DNA of 64,000 nt from positions 81,408,001 to 81,472,000 of the forward strand of contig NC_087436.1 of NCBI RefSeq assembly GCF_036321535.1. Direction: 5' to 3'. The translations under genes and the position numbers were made by a program. Under the pieces are notes generated by a model, which saw only the letters and a program-made list of their open reading frames with translations, searched no databases and was not told where the DNA came from. Position 1 is the first letter of the stretch, and each line of letters opens with the position of its first letter. This document shows positions 10,469-24,860 of the stretch, piece by piece. This DNA comes from Camelus dromedarius. Its lineage: Eukaryota.

Positions 10469-13400
10469 GGTGTGCCAATAAAAATCTGACAATTGACTCT
10501 CCACAGGGAAAGAATGCCTGATTTATAGAGACAGCCAGTTTCTATGTCTTAATCCTGCATGGGGGATTTCAAGTTACCAATATGAGGTCAAAAAGCTCCC
10601 AGTGGATGTACACAAGGGGCTCTCATGAGCCGGCCGAGCTGCTCCAGCACGTGGCCGTTCTACGTCTCTACACGATGCACACACATGTATCAGACATAAG
10701 TATGTCATGACATTATATCATACGTATGATTTCTCGAAATTAAGCCGGGAATATTTTCCTTTAAAATCATGTAGTGAAAGACTGAATTCACAATCACTTG
10801 AACTATAAGTTGTTTAAGCCAGCCAACTGTAGTTTTGAGCATGTGTATGAGGTAGATAATGTACTACTGTTACAGGGAGTTGGAATGGTTAAAAAATGGT
10901 CTGGCCTTCTCCCAGGCACAGAGAACCTAAGTGGCATATTTTAGAATTAATCATTAACATATTAAGCTAAACAGGCCTGCAAAAGAAAAATCCGGAATAT
11001 ACATTTTCCAAAATGAGTAAATCAAATAACCACCTGAAAGCAGCAAACCTTTATCTAAAGCATAAACAAATGCAAAACGCTACAATCCCGTCCTGAATTC
11101 TGTCTTTGGAATAGGACAAAGAAACATGCTGAGGGAGGGCCTGAACAGTAACTTTCAAATTAATAAATATTTATCAAGCTACTATGATGTGCAAGGCATA
11201 ACACTTACGTACCACATGGTACCCAAAGATGAATACATACAGCCTTTCTTCTCAGTAAATTTACAGTCAAATCGGGTGATAAGACAACATTCAACATACA
11301 AGGACTAGTAGGACCCAAAGGAAAGAAAGTTCCTATTCTTTGGGAAGATGTGAAAAACATTTTGGGACAAGGTGGTATTTGATAAGAGAACAATTTGAAT
11401 GGGCAGCATTCCAAAAGGTGGGGGTCCAGTCAAGTAAGACAGCCATAATCCAGGACCTTAGAATGGGTGTAGTGTAAAAGGTGGGAAAATATGGACTATA
11501 TTAGAGAAGGCTATTGGAATCAGAGAGAGGTTTCTAGGCTGACATTACAAGTGATGCAAAGCCTTTGGAGGCATTGGTCAGTGGAATTCTTGATCAAACC
11601 TATAGACTGAAGTTTGGAAAATTACTTCAGGAAAACTCCAATCATAGTGGTGTTAATGGAAAAGGATGACAGCAATTAGATGTACGGCACCTAGCAAGCA
11701 AAAATTTTAGGATGTGTCTGTCAATCACAAGGTGAGGATAGAGTAAAAGATCAATCGGGGTTTCAGGCTGGAGAGGCTGAGAAAATGGAGTTGTCATTAA
11801 CAGAAATGGGAAAGTTGAGAAAAAATTTATGCTGAGCGAGTGAACAGAGCAGGTATGTTTGATTTTAAACAAATTGAATCTGAATTGGCAGCAATCTCAT
11901 GCATCCTGGCCCAATATTCTAATTTCTCCACAATAAGGTTATATTCATCATTAAATAATTTAGTAGACTGCATTTATTTTCCAGTCCCTCTGGAAACAAC
12001 AAACTGCTATGTAAACTGGTTTTGGCTTTATTCACCTAAAACGTATTTCTTGCAAACTTAAAAGGATTTACGTGGTGGACACTTGGGTACTTGGGTCCAT
12101 CTATCCAGAGAGTATAGAAATTGTATATGTCAATAGCCTTAGATACTGTTCAGGAAAATTATCTTGGGATTAGTGCAAAAATAAATAACCGCGTAACCTT
12201 TCAATATCATGCTTAAGCACTTTTAACAAGCCTTCCTAAGGGTCGTCTGACTGTTTTGCGGAACATAACTTTTTTGACTTAAGATTCTCAATTGATTAGG
12301 GTCCACGTGTTTTACAACATTGTAAACTTGTAGAAAACTGATTAAGTAAAACTCTGTTTTTTGGGGTTTTTTTTAAAATCCTGCCTGGTAGAAAAGACAA
12401 CCACAAAAATAGGTTTGGTTGCCCTGTAAGACACTTAGAAGTTTTGATTTAATTTCATAATCTTACTTTGGTATTCTTTTTTCCACAGACTACATAAATA
12501 CTAATTTCTCATATCTTCACTGATTCAAACTTTGTCATTCTGCCATTTTCCCCATTAATGAGTTAAAAGCAACTTCTGCCTGTACTCACTTCTTTTTGCA
12601 CAAGAATTACGGTTTTAATGATTAAAGAATTAGGTGTTGATTACATACAAACTTTCTTTACCAACCATTTGAACCTTTCTTCATATGGCAGCCCACTCAT
12701 CCCATCCCTTTAATGATTAATTGATCTCACTTGTACCATCCCTAATCACCATGTTGCCTTCCCTGAGCTGTACAATTTGCAAAAAAATGAACCATGGGAA
12801 CAAGAATATTTTGTCAAAGTGCTGTGAAAATAATGAAAAGAAAATTGGAGATTTTCATGTCATCAAAGATTAGCTGCCATGGAGATCTGGTTAGGCTGGA
12901 GGGGAAAGTGGAAGAGGAAACAAGCAGAAGATGGGGGTGTCCTGCAGTGGGTGGCATGATTCTGAGCTCTTTGAAAAACGGAAAGGAGATGCATTAATGA
13001 TAATTTGAGCTATAGATGAGTAGAAGAAACTCTGCTAAATTTATCCAGTCCCAGTCCAAGAAGCTAGGTCACCCTTCACTGGATCTTGGTATTTTGTCTT
13101 CTTAATAATTATAGGAAAATATATTGGCCATTATGGGAATTCTTAAGCAAAAGAATCTTTTTGCCTTAGCAGGCACCATGTTGAGACTGTTGGATTCAGT
13201 CTTGGGGTTCTTTAATCAGCAGCAGATAGAACATGCAGGTAAGTTAGAAGCAGCTTCTACAGACTTGTATCAATATGGATGCAAGATTGAATAAATAGGC
13301 GGGGCAAACAACCAGCCCCAGTGATTCCCTTAACCCTCTTTGAGGAAAGGAAAGACTTGAGATAGAATTGGACATTTCCCCAAGTCTAGAGGTGAGAAAA

Positions 13401-14261
13401 GCAAGACATAACTAAATTGCATCTGTCTGGACATCATAGTAGTTGTGGGTGAAAAACACTTAAAGAGTAGACTCAGTATGAAGAATTGATTGATTCATCC
13501 TATCTTGTTTCCTGAAACAATTTAAAGTGCATGGGAAAATCTTATATCAAATAATTGGACATAAAATCCACTTTCCTCTAAACTAGCAATTTGCAGCCTA
13601 CATGTTTGCCAGATCTGAGTGTTGTTTAAAGCTAAAGATAAGCCATCACATTTTCTAAAACCATTTATACATTCATTTTATATTCAGAACATAGGTCTTA
13701 GGAAAAATACATTAGCATTAATAAGTGTAAGTAAATTATCTCAAGTAATCCTAAAGCACATTAGTAGGATCAGTAAAATATGTCCATGTGCAAATGTGTA
13801 TTAGATTCTGTAGATTGCAAACTGAAAGATTTTCCATGCTGGCTTTAATTGGATTCCATCTTTAAGACTTCAACTACTGTCACACCAACCTTGGGAAGAG
13901 TGCAAACATTACAGTGAATGAAGGAAAGGTTTTTGCTGGAGGGATTCTTGACCTCTACATTGACTTGGTGGTCAAGAGGGCATTACAGTTCTGAATTTTG
14001 ATGAGAATCAGTTACCCTTTAACCAGCCCATGTAAACATTTCTTCAAGACCCCTTATTATCTTAAAATAAGTTTTGAAAGAACTCTTGTGCTAGGTCATT
14101 ATAATCAGAATAATCAGAACAAATGCCACACTAAATATCAAAAGGAATAAAACTAAAATCATTGGAAGGAAACAGTCATGAGATATATGTTCACATGCTC
14201 TACAAGCAATGTTATTGATCGCAATCCCTCCTTAAGTTCAAAAAAAGCATGCAAGTAGTGG

Positions 14262-14267
14262 TTTATT
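14262..14267 (-). terminator. Candidate intronic poly(A) signal AATAAA just past the penultimate exon donor
   Basis: AATAAA 6 nt after an in-frame intronic TGA, followed by a T7 run at 14246-14240. Confidence 0.4.
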
Positions 14268-14290
14268 GGTTATTCACTGAGAGTGAGTAC

Positions 14291-14368
14291 CTGAAGGAGA
14301 AGGCTGTCCTTTCACAACACCGTTCTTAGTCTTCTCTTCTGAAGTCATTACTTCCTTGTAGATAAGTT
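14291..14368 (-). CDS. MAPK10: JNK3 78-nt penultimate exon, (E)LIYKEVMTSEEKTKNGVVKGQPSPS
   Basis: Manual translation. ttacag acceptor and weak GTACTC donor. Confidence 0.97.
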
Positions 14369-16027
14369 CTGTAAGAAACAGTTACCAGTGTTATAAAAAT
14401 CAATTTTCTCCTTAATCCAAAGAGAAAATTTGTTAGTTTATGACAAATAGGAACATTTGATGGGGTTGAGTAAATTGCTAATCAATTAGAATTCCTTCAC
14501 TCTTCCATTTCTACAATTTATTGCAATAACAGAGAGCCTGGCAAAGAAGGTGCTCAATAAAGCATTTGACCAAATAAATGTATAAAAAACACACGTTACT
14601 TGTTTTCTGAATTCTTTTGGGTATTTCTGATGCATTTTAATTTTATCTCTTAAGGATTTTAATGGCTCTGCTTTGAACATCCATTTTTCTTTTATATTCA
14701 CTCTCTAAGAGATGCACATATTCTCATTACATTAAACTATCACTTTCTATCAATTTTCCAACTTTTTTCCAGACTCAAATCTTGAATTTGTAAAACTAAA
14801 CTTGCCTAAAACCCAACATTAAAAAATTATTAAATGTATTCCCAAACTGGCATCCATTAATGGATTTTTCATTGCTAGATTTAAAAATTTATATATCTTC
14901 ATTTCTTTTTATTTTGTCCCTTTTAGCTAAAAATTATTCCATGCCATTCATTCTTGTTTTACAATGGTTTACAATCTTTATAATCATCATCCTTTACAAG
15001 TATTTCTTTCTCCAGTGTTTCACAATTTAGCCCATGTCCACCCTCCTCATGTGACATTTTTTTAACCTATCACTTACTTACTCACCAACCCCTGGGTGCC
15101 TACTAGTCCTATTTAGATCAGATCAAATCTGTTTCTGTCCATCATTATTATCTTTTTTCATTTGATCTACTGTTTATTTGTGCTTATTTTCCACACTCTC
15201 CAACATGACCACTTGACCAGTGAAATCTCTTTACTATCTTTATAACACTTTTTGCTCATTCCCATCCTTTGGTTTCCTCTCATATTTTCATTCTGTTGTT
15301 TTCCTCTATTTTTTTCTTTTCCCAACTTACAATTATTAAGTCCTTCAAGGTAGCCCAAACACTTTTTTCCTTCAGAGCTCCCCTTTATGTTCCTCCTCAT
15401 TTGGACCTAATCATTTGTTATAATCTGCATTGGTTTTCACATATTTACTCTATTCTGTCATTATTTATATTACTTTAATAGTTCTCTTCTGTGTTGTTTC
15501 ACCCTGAGTTATGATCTTGATCACACAGTACGTGTTTGGAAAAGCTTTGCTGAAAAAATTAATTAATTTTCTTACTTAAAAAAAATAAGCCATTCAGATA
15601 CATTTACTTTCAATTTAAATTCTCAAGTCCTATACATCAAGTGAATGAATTCATACATTCACTCTCTTTTACTTTCTACTGCCTAAAACCATTCCAGGCA
15701 TAATTTTTATCCATTTTAAGTGATAATCTTATGTACAAACATGGAATGTTTAATTCTGAAATTTTGAATTGAAGCTTGCCCTTCACCATGACAAATATTT
15801 TGACAATCAGTACTATTTTTTTTAAAAGTGTCAATAATTAATTCCTTTCATTCTTGAATAAATGCATTATTATTATTAGTATGAAAAGACAGATGAAGTT
15901 TTAGGAGCTTTGAAAATGGTCTAAGAGAATAGTACTTAGACAATCATCAGTTACTAATTTGTTTTAAAAGGAGAAGCCTTAAGGATTTTTTTTTGAGTTT
16001 CAATAAAGCAAAAAGTATACATATTTA

Positions 16028-16144
<117 letters not shown>

Positions 16145-19079
16145 CTAAAAAAATAACTAAACTCTTACAATGCACGAGAATATCTCGCTACTCATTGATT
16201 TTGCTGGCGACCAGAATCTCATATAAATTGTGGAGTAATCACAGTGGTGCAGAAGTTAAAATTTCCCCACAAACTTACAAACGATTCATTTATATGCCAA
16301 TGTTTGCTGCTACCAAATAAGGCAGCAGGATCCAAATCCTGAGAGCTCACTTTCCAAAACCTTCTGATTCAGAAGTCAAGTGTGAGCAGTTAATATCATG
16401 TCTTTAAAAAGCAAACAAGACACTTGATTACAAGGCTCCGGGAGCTGCTACTTCCTCCATTCACTTGCCCTGAAACAGAACCCTACTAAAACTGCCCTAG
16501 ACCAGTAAGATTTTCTTCCACTTTCAGACCCTCCTGAAGAAGAGTCTAATACCTCTAAACAGACCACAGTATTAGTCCCCAGCATGAAGGAATATTTAGA
16601 CTTAATCAGCTTTTTATTTTTTGTGAAGCATCATAAAACATCTTTATACAACACTGTGTGCCTTATATTTAAATGATTTAAGATATTTTGCACCCTCAGG
16701 CAGAGGCAGCTGCCAGTTGTATAGAGAGGTGGGTCACCGTGAACCCAAGTGGCCCCTGAGTTGACCCTCTGTGGGAGAACCGATGTGACAGGACCTCTAG
16801 TCTGCGTTACTAGCATTACTCTTGCTCTGAGGAATTTGAAGGTGGAAAAGGAGGAATTTTCACAAATCGAGGTGCCTTACAGGAAGGAGGGTCTCAGATA
16901 CATTCCCTGACCTCTGCTTCCTGATGTTTGGACCCGGGACATCTACCATGGTGATCGAGAGTAGCTTCGACTCAGGTCAAGTGACATGGAAAGAAAAAAA
17001 ATCTCGAAAAAGTGAAAAGGTAGAGAGAGAAGGAGCAGAGGACTCACACCAACACTGGATTCAGTGCCAAGAAGAGCTACAAAATGTCTGGTGCCAGCAC
17101 ACAGGGACCCCAGAATCCACCCTGTCCAACACTCGCAAAGCAGCACTTTTTATGAGAAACTAACAGTTACTCAATAAAGTGACTCAGGTCTATTAGGACA
17201 TGCATCCCTCAGAAATGGCTTTCATAGGAAGACTTTGGACCAGATCTTCAGAGACAGTTCTGGCTTCCGCGGGAGGTTTTCTGGCCCACGAGCAGCACCC
17301 TAGTACCACAGTGGCCCTTCTTTATTGCATGGAGAATCTCTGGCAGCCTGAATCATGACAGACATGAATATCCATCTTAGCCCTCATATGCTGGGGCAGC
17401 CCTCATACACTACAGAAGTAGCTGGATATGAAAATAGAAGACTGACCAGTTGTGGTGGGGCAACATAATAATGAATTACTGAGAAATAGCTACTGATAAG
17501 GCCAGACATTCTTTTAAAATCTGTGATTTCTACTGGGGAAGAAGGCTTCACACCAGCTACCATGACTCAGATGTGGCCGGCTAAGTAGCCTTTACTGAAA
17601 GAACTAAACAGAACAAGACCCCGCTCTACCCCGCGACACTAGTGAGGACCCAGACACACTGACTATGTAAAGTTAAGAGGACTGGGATGGTCAGGCACTG
17701 CCCCTGGGACCTGACTGAGGGAGGACCTTCTACCCTAAACTGTAAAGAAACCCCCAGTTACAGGAATGTTATGATTACTGAGTGAATGAGTAAAACAAAG
17801 TTTGAAAATTTGTGAAACTATTAAGCTAACGCAAAGCCAAACCTTGGTTATGTAAAGACACTTTACCAAGTGGCAGGTTTGGAGCTTTGCCTCTTCCTGA
17901 GCATGCGTAAAGCTGTGCTGAGGTCCCCCTGCAGTGAGCCTTGTCCAGGCCCCCTGCAGGACACAGTGCGCACAAGCTCTCAGGGCCCCTCCCCGCCCTC
18001 CCAGCGCTCTGTGCATCGTTGGTGCCTCTGTTTTCTTCTAACAACAGACCCAGCTCAGGAGCCTGTGTGGCTGACGTCTCCATGCAGTGAACTTTTCCAT
18101 TCAAGTTTCAAAATTGAACACGGCTCAGGAGTATAGTTCCTGCCAAAGTTCCTAAATGGTATTTTCTCTTTGCAACAAAACTATTTGGAGAGAGGTTTTC
18201 CTTGGAGCCTCAGCATACAGCTGTTGCTGTATGAAGCACGAAGTACGTAGACCCCAACCACAAACCACAAAGAAAGAAAGCAAAGTACTGACTCCAAGAC
18301 TTTTCCTTTCAGTAAACCAGGAGGGCTGCTTTAAATACACTTGCATTATAGTTATGGTTGAAACGGCTACTTGTTCAGAGTTTCTTTTGGGGCTTTTTTT
18401 AAAGAGAGGATTCAATCACCTGCAGTGGAAGGGTGCTTCACATAAATACGTCTTCTACATAGCAACATAAAGTAGTAATTGGCCAATAATCCAAAGAGAG
18501 TAATTCTACATTCAAACACATACATGTATACGTGCTCAGGCAGCCACTGTCACCATGAGATGGTCCATGACACTCCCTGCCTCTCCCTCTGCTAAAGAGG
18601 AGCCAGTGTTCTATTGCTCTCTGGTTCCCCTTCTCCACCTTATTAAACAGGAAGGATTCTGTCTTGTTAGGTAACAATCTAAATAAAAAAGAGATGAGCA
18701 GTGGATAAAATAAGAAGGACTCCAGAGAGTATTTTAGAAGAGTTTAGCAGATAAGAACAATTTGAGATGTGAGAAAATTAAGGATGAGAAGAAATTAAGA
18801 ATAATATATAAAATTATTAGGACTTGTGACTTGCATGCTTTTGAATATTTTTCAAGAGACTGAAGATCTTCTTTCTATTATTTTTTAAAATTTGGACTCT
18901 ACTTCCTTGATTGAAATTCTTGTAGAAATTCCTGGAGATTGTAAAAACAAATGCTTTGTATTTGTATTATTTTATACTGATTACATATTATGTATACATG
19001 TACAAACTGTTTTAATTAAATGAGATAAACACATGGCCAAATGAAAGTCACTATGAGTTAGTAAATATTAGAATTAATT

Positions 19080-19436
19080 TATTCATTTTTTAAATTCATT
19101 CAATCAGTAACGGTTTTGGGTCGAACTAGAGATTTCAAAACTGAATAATGTGACTACTCACCTCTAGGAGCTCACAATTTAGGGGGGTAAGACTTATGCA
19201 AAACAGATAATACACAATATGATAAATGAAAGAAATATGTATGTGGTATATGGGGCCAGAGTGAAGAAACCCTAACAAAACTGTAGCAAACACCTTTTGC
19301 TTCTTGGAGTAGATGACATCTGTTCTAGAGCAAAAGATGCCTTGGATGTTGTCAAGATAAAAGGAGAAGGAGAAAAAGATGACTCCAGGCCGCAGACTTT
19401 AGAAAACAGAATGGTGGTGATGGTGGTGGTGATGGT

Positions 19437-19482
<46 letters not shown>

Positions 19483-20380
19483 CTCTGCTTAGGTGCATGC
19501 ACATGCAAGGAGAACGGGAAGCAGTTCTGTGATAATAAAACGTAACTATGCAGTCAGATGTAGCAAGAGATAAGAGCTGTCCCTAGAGAAGCAGATGGGT
19601 TGGAGAAAGGCTGGATCAAGGATGGTTTTGGTTAGTATGCTATGGAGTGAAGACTTCCTCCTAACGGGGAGAAACACTGAAGAATGTAAGAGAATGGCAT
19701 GGCCAAAACTCTGGCTGGATTGAAGAAAGACACAATTGAAATCCAAGGAAAGAGCTGCTGCACAATCTAGAAAAAAATATTAGAAGGTCTGACTTGGGTA
19801 GGGAAGGCAAAAATGGATAGAAAATATGGATTCAAGAATAATTGATAAATATTAATAAATCAAATTGGTAGAATTCTGTTTTTGATTGAATGTGCATGAT
19901 GGGAAAGAAGATGTTTAAGATGAGTTACTGGAAAATGGCATTAGTAGTGGAACCAAGTAAAGATACAGGGAATGGAAAAAGGGAAATGAGGCTGGTAGAG
20001 AAATGAGTCTACGTGTTACGTGGGCACAGATGTCCATTTGATAAATATATGATCTGATGTTCACAGGAATGCTATTGGCTAAAGATGTACAGATTTGAGA
20101 CTATCAGCCAGAGATGTTTGCTGAAGTCATGGCAGTGAATGTGGTCACCCATGGAGTATGCAGGCAGGAAGAGTAAAGGGCCAAAGTGGACCCCAGTCAG
20201 ACACCAAAGTTTAAAGGCTGACCAGAAGACGGTAAGTCAAAGAAGGAGGAGGAGGAAGTGTGGGAAGGGAAAGGGATATTTACAGAAACACATGGAGAAT
20301 GAGAATACTGCAATGTTATAGAAGTGAAGTGATCAGAGAGTTTCAAAATGAGGAAGTAATTGGAAGTTTCTTGTAAATGA
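19080..20380 (-). mobile_element. Degenerate L2 fragments interrupted by a microsatellite
   Basis: attcattcaa start and purine-rich L2-like body. Confidence 0.45.
19439..19480. repeat. (GT)21 microsatellite preceded by a (GGT/GAT)n tract
   Basis: Direct read. Confidence 0.97.
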
Positions 20381-20995
20381 AACAAAGATTTTGGCTTTCA
20401 TGATAGAAAGCATGCCTCTGAAACCCATAAAATTTTCCAAACCTCACAACTGCAACCACATCCAGAAAGATCCAGATATTTTCTTGGTGGGGAACATTAA
20501 TATGAGATACCACCTAAAAAACTGGAACAATATAGAAGAAATACCCTCAGCGCTAATATGGATATAGTATATGAATGAAACAAAAAGGACCTGCAGAACA
20601 GACTGTGACACTGAAAAAAAAGAAGGCAATTGTAATGTTCCTACATCTGCTCTCTCAGCTATCTTCAAGAGCTTGAGAAATGAAAAACACTATTCTCTAT
20701 CTAATTAAAGGAAGCCACTTTTTTTTTTCTGAGAAGATACTCTATGCTAAGCTCTTTATGTATACCTAATAATCCTCAGACCAGGAAACTAAGATTCAAA
20801 GAAATTTTTTTTAAAAATATCTAAGTCGCATAGCTAATTAATGGTAGAACTTTGTTTAAAAGTTTAATTTAATTTAAAGAACAATTCAGAGCAAACAGTA
20901 ATTGGGATGAATCTAAACTAGGGGATGATGGAACAAGACCTAAGCAATATTTAAATTAAAATCTTTATAAAACAAGAAACGGAAACCAAAGCAAA

Positions 20996-21124
20996 TAGGG
21001 TGACTATATGTCTCAATTTCCCCAAAACAGTCCCAGTGTGTGCCTTGTTGTCCTTGTAGTTTTTAATAGTCCTCAGCACCCTCATTCTCATAAGTGTTTG
21101 GAGGATAATTATGTGAGCAGCCTA
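20996..21124. mobile_element. hAT-Blackjack-like MITE (MER94/MER81-like)
   Basis: Begins tagggtgactatat and ends in an imperfect complement, ttatgtgagcagccta. Confidence 0.45.
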
Positions 21125-24100
21125 CGTAGCAATACTGTAACATGCATATTAGAGATCTCAGGTACACAGCAATTGGAGGATGAAGAAAACAATTGAATTG
21201 CAGTATTTTTCTGGACCACTGGAGCCTCAACAATTACACCTGCACCTTTTCCTGCTCTAGGACATCATGTCAGCATTTCCTTCCATTTACTCCATTTTTA
21301 GGAATGCAAAACTCATAAAATAGGACTCTTGCCAGTAAGTACATAAAAAAGAGTACAGTTCTACATAATAAGACTGGGATTGAAGAAAATGGATTTTGAG
21401 GGGCATTCTCTTGAGTTCTTACTGCTGGGCATGATTTCTTGCTGAAGAGATCTTTTAATCAGTTATCTATTCAAATTCCTAATTGATTCTCCCAAGGTAC
21501 AAACTGCTCCCTCTTGTGACTTCATTTTATATCATATATTTAAGTAATAGTTCTTCACTGAGTCAAATGTATGAATTTATTCTGTTAATCTTCAAAGTAA
21601 TCTTATTTTTAACAGCACTATAGAACGTTAATGATGAAAGAGAGTTTAGAGAAGATCTAGCACCACCCCTGCTCAATTTGTAAATGAGAACATGACAACT
21701 CAGCGATCACAAGTGATTTGTCCATGGTCATACAGATAATTAGTGGCAGAGTTACGGATAAAATGTATGATCTCTTATAAGAAAAGATGGAATGAAGAAA
21801 TCCTTAGTGTTGAACAAATGTGAAACTGAATAATTCAATGCTTACAAAAGATTTTCATCAGTGACAAATTCAAGCCTGCCACTCTGATTTCTGTTCCAAT
21901 TTTCTGTCAGTCTCCATATGTAGCTAGATCTGGCAATCATCACCCAAGGAGTCAACACTTATATTCCTAAATGCTTTTTGTTAAAATATCTTGGACCACA
22001 TCAGAACCTCTACACACGTGAATCTCAAAAGAGATGAGAACCAGATATGAAAAATCTAAATTGTACAAAGTTGTTCTTTTTATTCATCTCTGAGCCCTGA
22101 GTTAACATTTTTTTCCATATCTGTCATGTTCTGACCATATGACAATCATCAAGATGTTGGTATTTTTTTCTGCTTCTTTTATCCTAATTAAGCATACAAT
22201 ATGGTTTTGTTCAGCTTTTTCTCTCTGCGTGTTTGCTGCCTTGTTGAAAATGCCAACGAAAGCTTTAAATAGCATTGTCTTCCCCTGTGTGAATTCTCTA
22301 TTCATTTAGCAGCTGGATCAAAGAAAATGATATTATGTCCTAGTGAAACATGCTTTGTTTTTCTTATTAACCTTTGCAGTTTAAGGATTGCCAAAAGATG
22401 CATGATTTACTGTAAGGCTCCAACCGAGAAAAGTGAATTTTAGTACAATATTAACTCAGAAAATCTGTTTAAGGAAATGTGTAAAATTTGATTTTAAATT
22501 CTCTGATTCTATACATACAGAATAAGTTTTCCATATGTATTTTAAATTTTTGATAAATAGAGCTTAAAATTTTAACCTCCTGATTGGAAAATAAACATTT
22601 ATACAGAATATTTTTATATAGCACTAAATTATAAGTACATTTATCTATTTATCTGGCTAATGACACCATTTGGTATGTTTTGGTCTTTTCTGAAACTTTA
22701 TATTCTCTGTAGCACCAAGAACATTTCATGATCCACAGTGAGGTTCAATGTTTGCTTAACAGTCTTACCAACAATCTGCCAAATTAATAGAAGTGTAATA
22801 GCAGTATGCACAATTATCAAAATAATTGACTAACTACAGTTATTTTTCAGTTATTTCTACCATGCAGTAAACAATGCCTTGGTTTCCAATTATCAAAAAT
22901 TTAATTGTCTCTAAAAGTAGACAAATGCAACTTGTAATAAACATCAGTTGAGTTTTTAAAATTGCTTAGACAAGTTTTAGGAATATTGGCTGTGCTCTTG
23001 AATAGAAATTAAACACTCTAACTCTACAGATGAAGTAAATGCCCTTTAAAAGTCTGATGAGTTGAAAGTACTCTACAATCGGGAATAGAAGTTTAATAAA
23101 ATCTGTCTCTGGAAACTAATTTGATTAATTCTTCTTTCCTAAGGTGCCTTGCATTGGGTCCCCAGGAAGGTCCAGAGAAGGGGATTCATGTGCAAGTGAC
23201 CATTTGAAGAAGTGCTCTCGGGGCATTCTGGACAGGAGGGAAGGAGGACAGGGGAGCATGACTGACACAATAGAGCAAGTGACCCTAACAAGAACTGTTC
23301 AATGCAGAAGCCAGACTGATCTGTGCTAAGGATTAAGTGTGAGGTAAGAGGCTAAATAACACCACCGAGAAGTCTTTTGCAGGGGATGGTGAAGAATTGA
23401 GAAGCTCTGACGATCTGGATTTAAAGGGCCTGGGGGAGGCATACAGAATGACTAGGGATTTGGTTCAGTCTCCTGGGTGGAAAGTAGTGCCATGGATTGA
23501 AAGCTGAAATGTGGGGAAGGAGGAGGAGCCAGTTTGGGGTGACAGGGAACATGTTCAATTCAAAATTTGACATGTTAATTTTGAAATGCCAATCTAAATG
23601 CCAGTGACTGTTAGATTTATAGATCTGGAACGCAGAACAGCCATAGGTAACAATGTATAGGTTTCAAAGTCATTTATAACAATTAAAATTAAGGCTGTGG
23701 TCCAAGATACCAAACATTCCCAGGGAGAAAAGAAATAGGGCTACAACAGAGAACTCCTAGGATCCCCAATTCTAAAGGAAGAAAAAGACAATTCAGACAG
23801 CAATGGAGACTGGAGAACAGGAATGGAGTCACCACAGTAATCAGGGGGGATGTGTCAGGAAGGAGGAGGTTGTCTGCCTATTCAAATGACAAGGATGCAC
23901 AAAATGCCAGTTTTCTGTGGGCCTGGCATTTAGGAGGCCACTGGTGACCTCAGAGAAAGCAATTTCAAGGTTTGAGAAGTGAACTAGAGTAACTGTGAGT
24001 AAACAAAGTCTAATTTTTTTTACAGAAATTTAGTTATAAAGGTGGATGGTACTTCCATTGCTAATGGTGTAGTAACAAAAAATAATGGCTTCGATTCTTT

Positions 24101-24597
24101 GTTCTTTAAAATGAAGACAGCTACAGTATATTTATTTGTATAACCACCAGCGGAAATTGAAAGATAGGACACACGGGGAGAGAAGGAACCCACATGCAGA
24201 AAAGAGAGAACACAAAGTTGATTTTCATATATTATCTCATTTAGTCCATACAACAACCCTCCTCTTCTAGGTATACAACTGAAGCCCAAAGAGATTAAAC
24301 AAACCTATTGCTAAGTGGTGCAGGCAGTCTTTAAATCCAAATCTATCTGAATGCAAAATCCACGTTCTCTGCATTTTTCCATCCAACTATAGCTTATATA
24401 GTTCCCGCTAATTTAACCTGTTCAAATAAACATGTTTAGAAGTTTTATTAACCAACCAAAGCAACAGAGAACAACAGGGGGAAATGTCAATACTGTCTCT
24501 AGCTGGAGGAACCCTCAAAATGCTATTAATTAGTATTACAGATATAAATTTCTATATCCACTCAATAGAGAGGTCAGTATATGCACTGTATTGTGAT

Positions 24598-24612
24598 GCT
24601 GCCACCTTGTGG
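24598..24612 (-). promoter_or_regulatory. Candidate CTCF motif CCACAAGGTGGCAGC
   Basis: Close match to the CTCF core consensus. Confidence 0.45.
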
Positions 24613-24687
24613 TTGGAGAAAGAAAAGCAAACATTAAATAAAAGTGCGTGAGTGAGTTCATGACTTTAATCAAATTGCTCTCGCTCA

Positions 24688-24860
24688 AGAATTCTCAACT
24701 TTGGCTGCACACTGAAGTCATCTGAGAGCTTTAAAAATGCTGATACCTGAATCCCACCCTCAGAGATTTTGATTTAATTGGTCTGGAGTGAGATCTGGGT
24801 ATCAGGATATTTTAAAGCTCCCCAGGTAATTTTATGTGCAGCCGAGATTAAGACCTCTGT
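24688..24860. mobile_element. MER5A-like hAT-Charlie MITE
   Basis: ttctcaactttggctgcaca...gatttaattggtctgg...aagctccccaggtaatt..tgtgcagcc, palindromic architecture. Confidence 0.7.

Noticed and set aside
16924..17180. 79-aa plus-strand ORF followed by AATAAA, a possible antisense gene or retrocopy
   Set aside because: No recognisable protein similarity, poly(A) tail or TSD, and the length is compatible with chance.
19272..19545. Overlapping ORFs with HT and VC repeats
   Set aside because: Produced by the stop-free (GT)n microsatellite.
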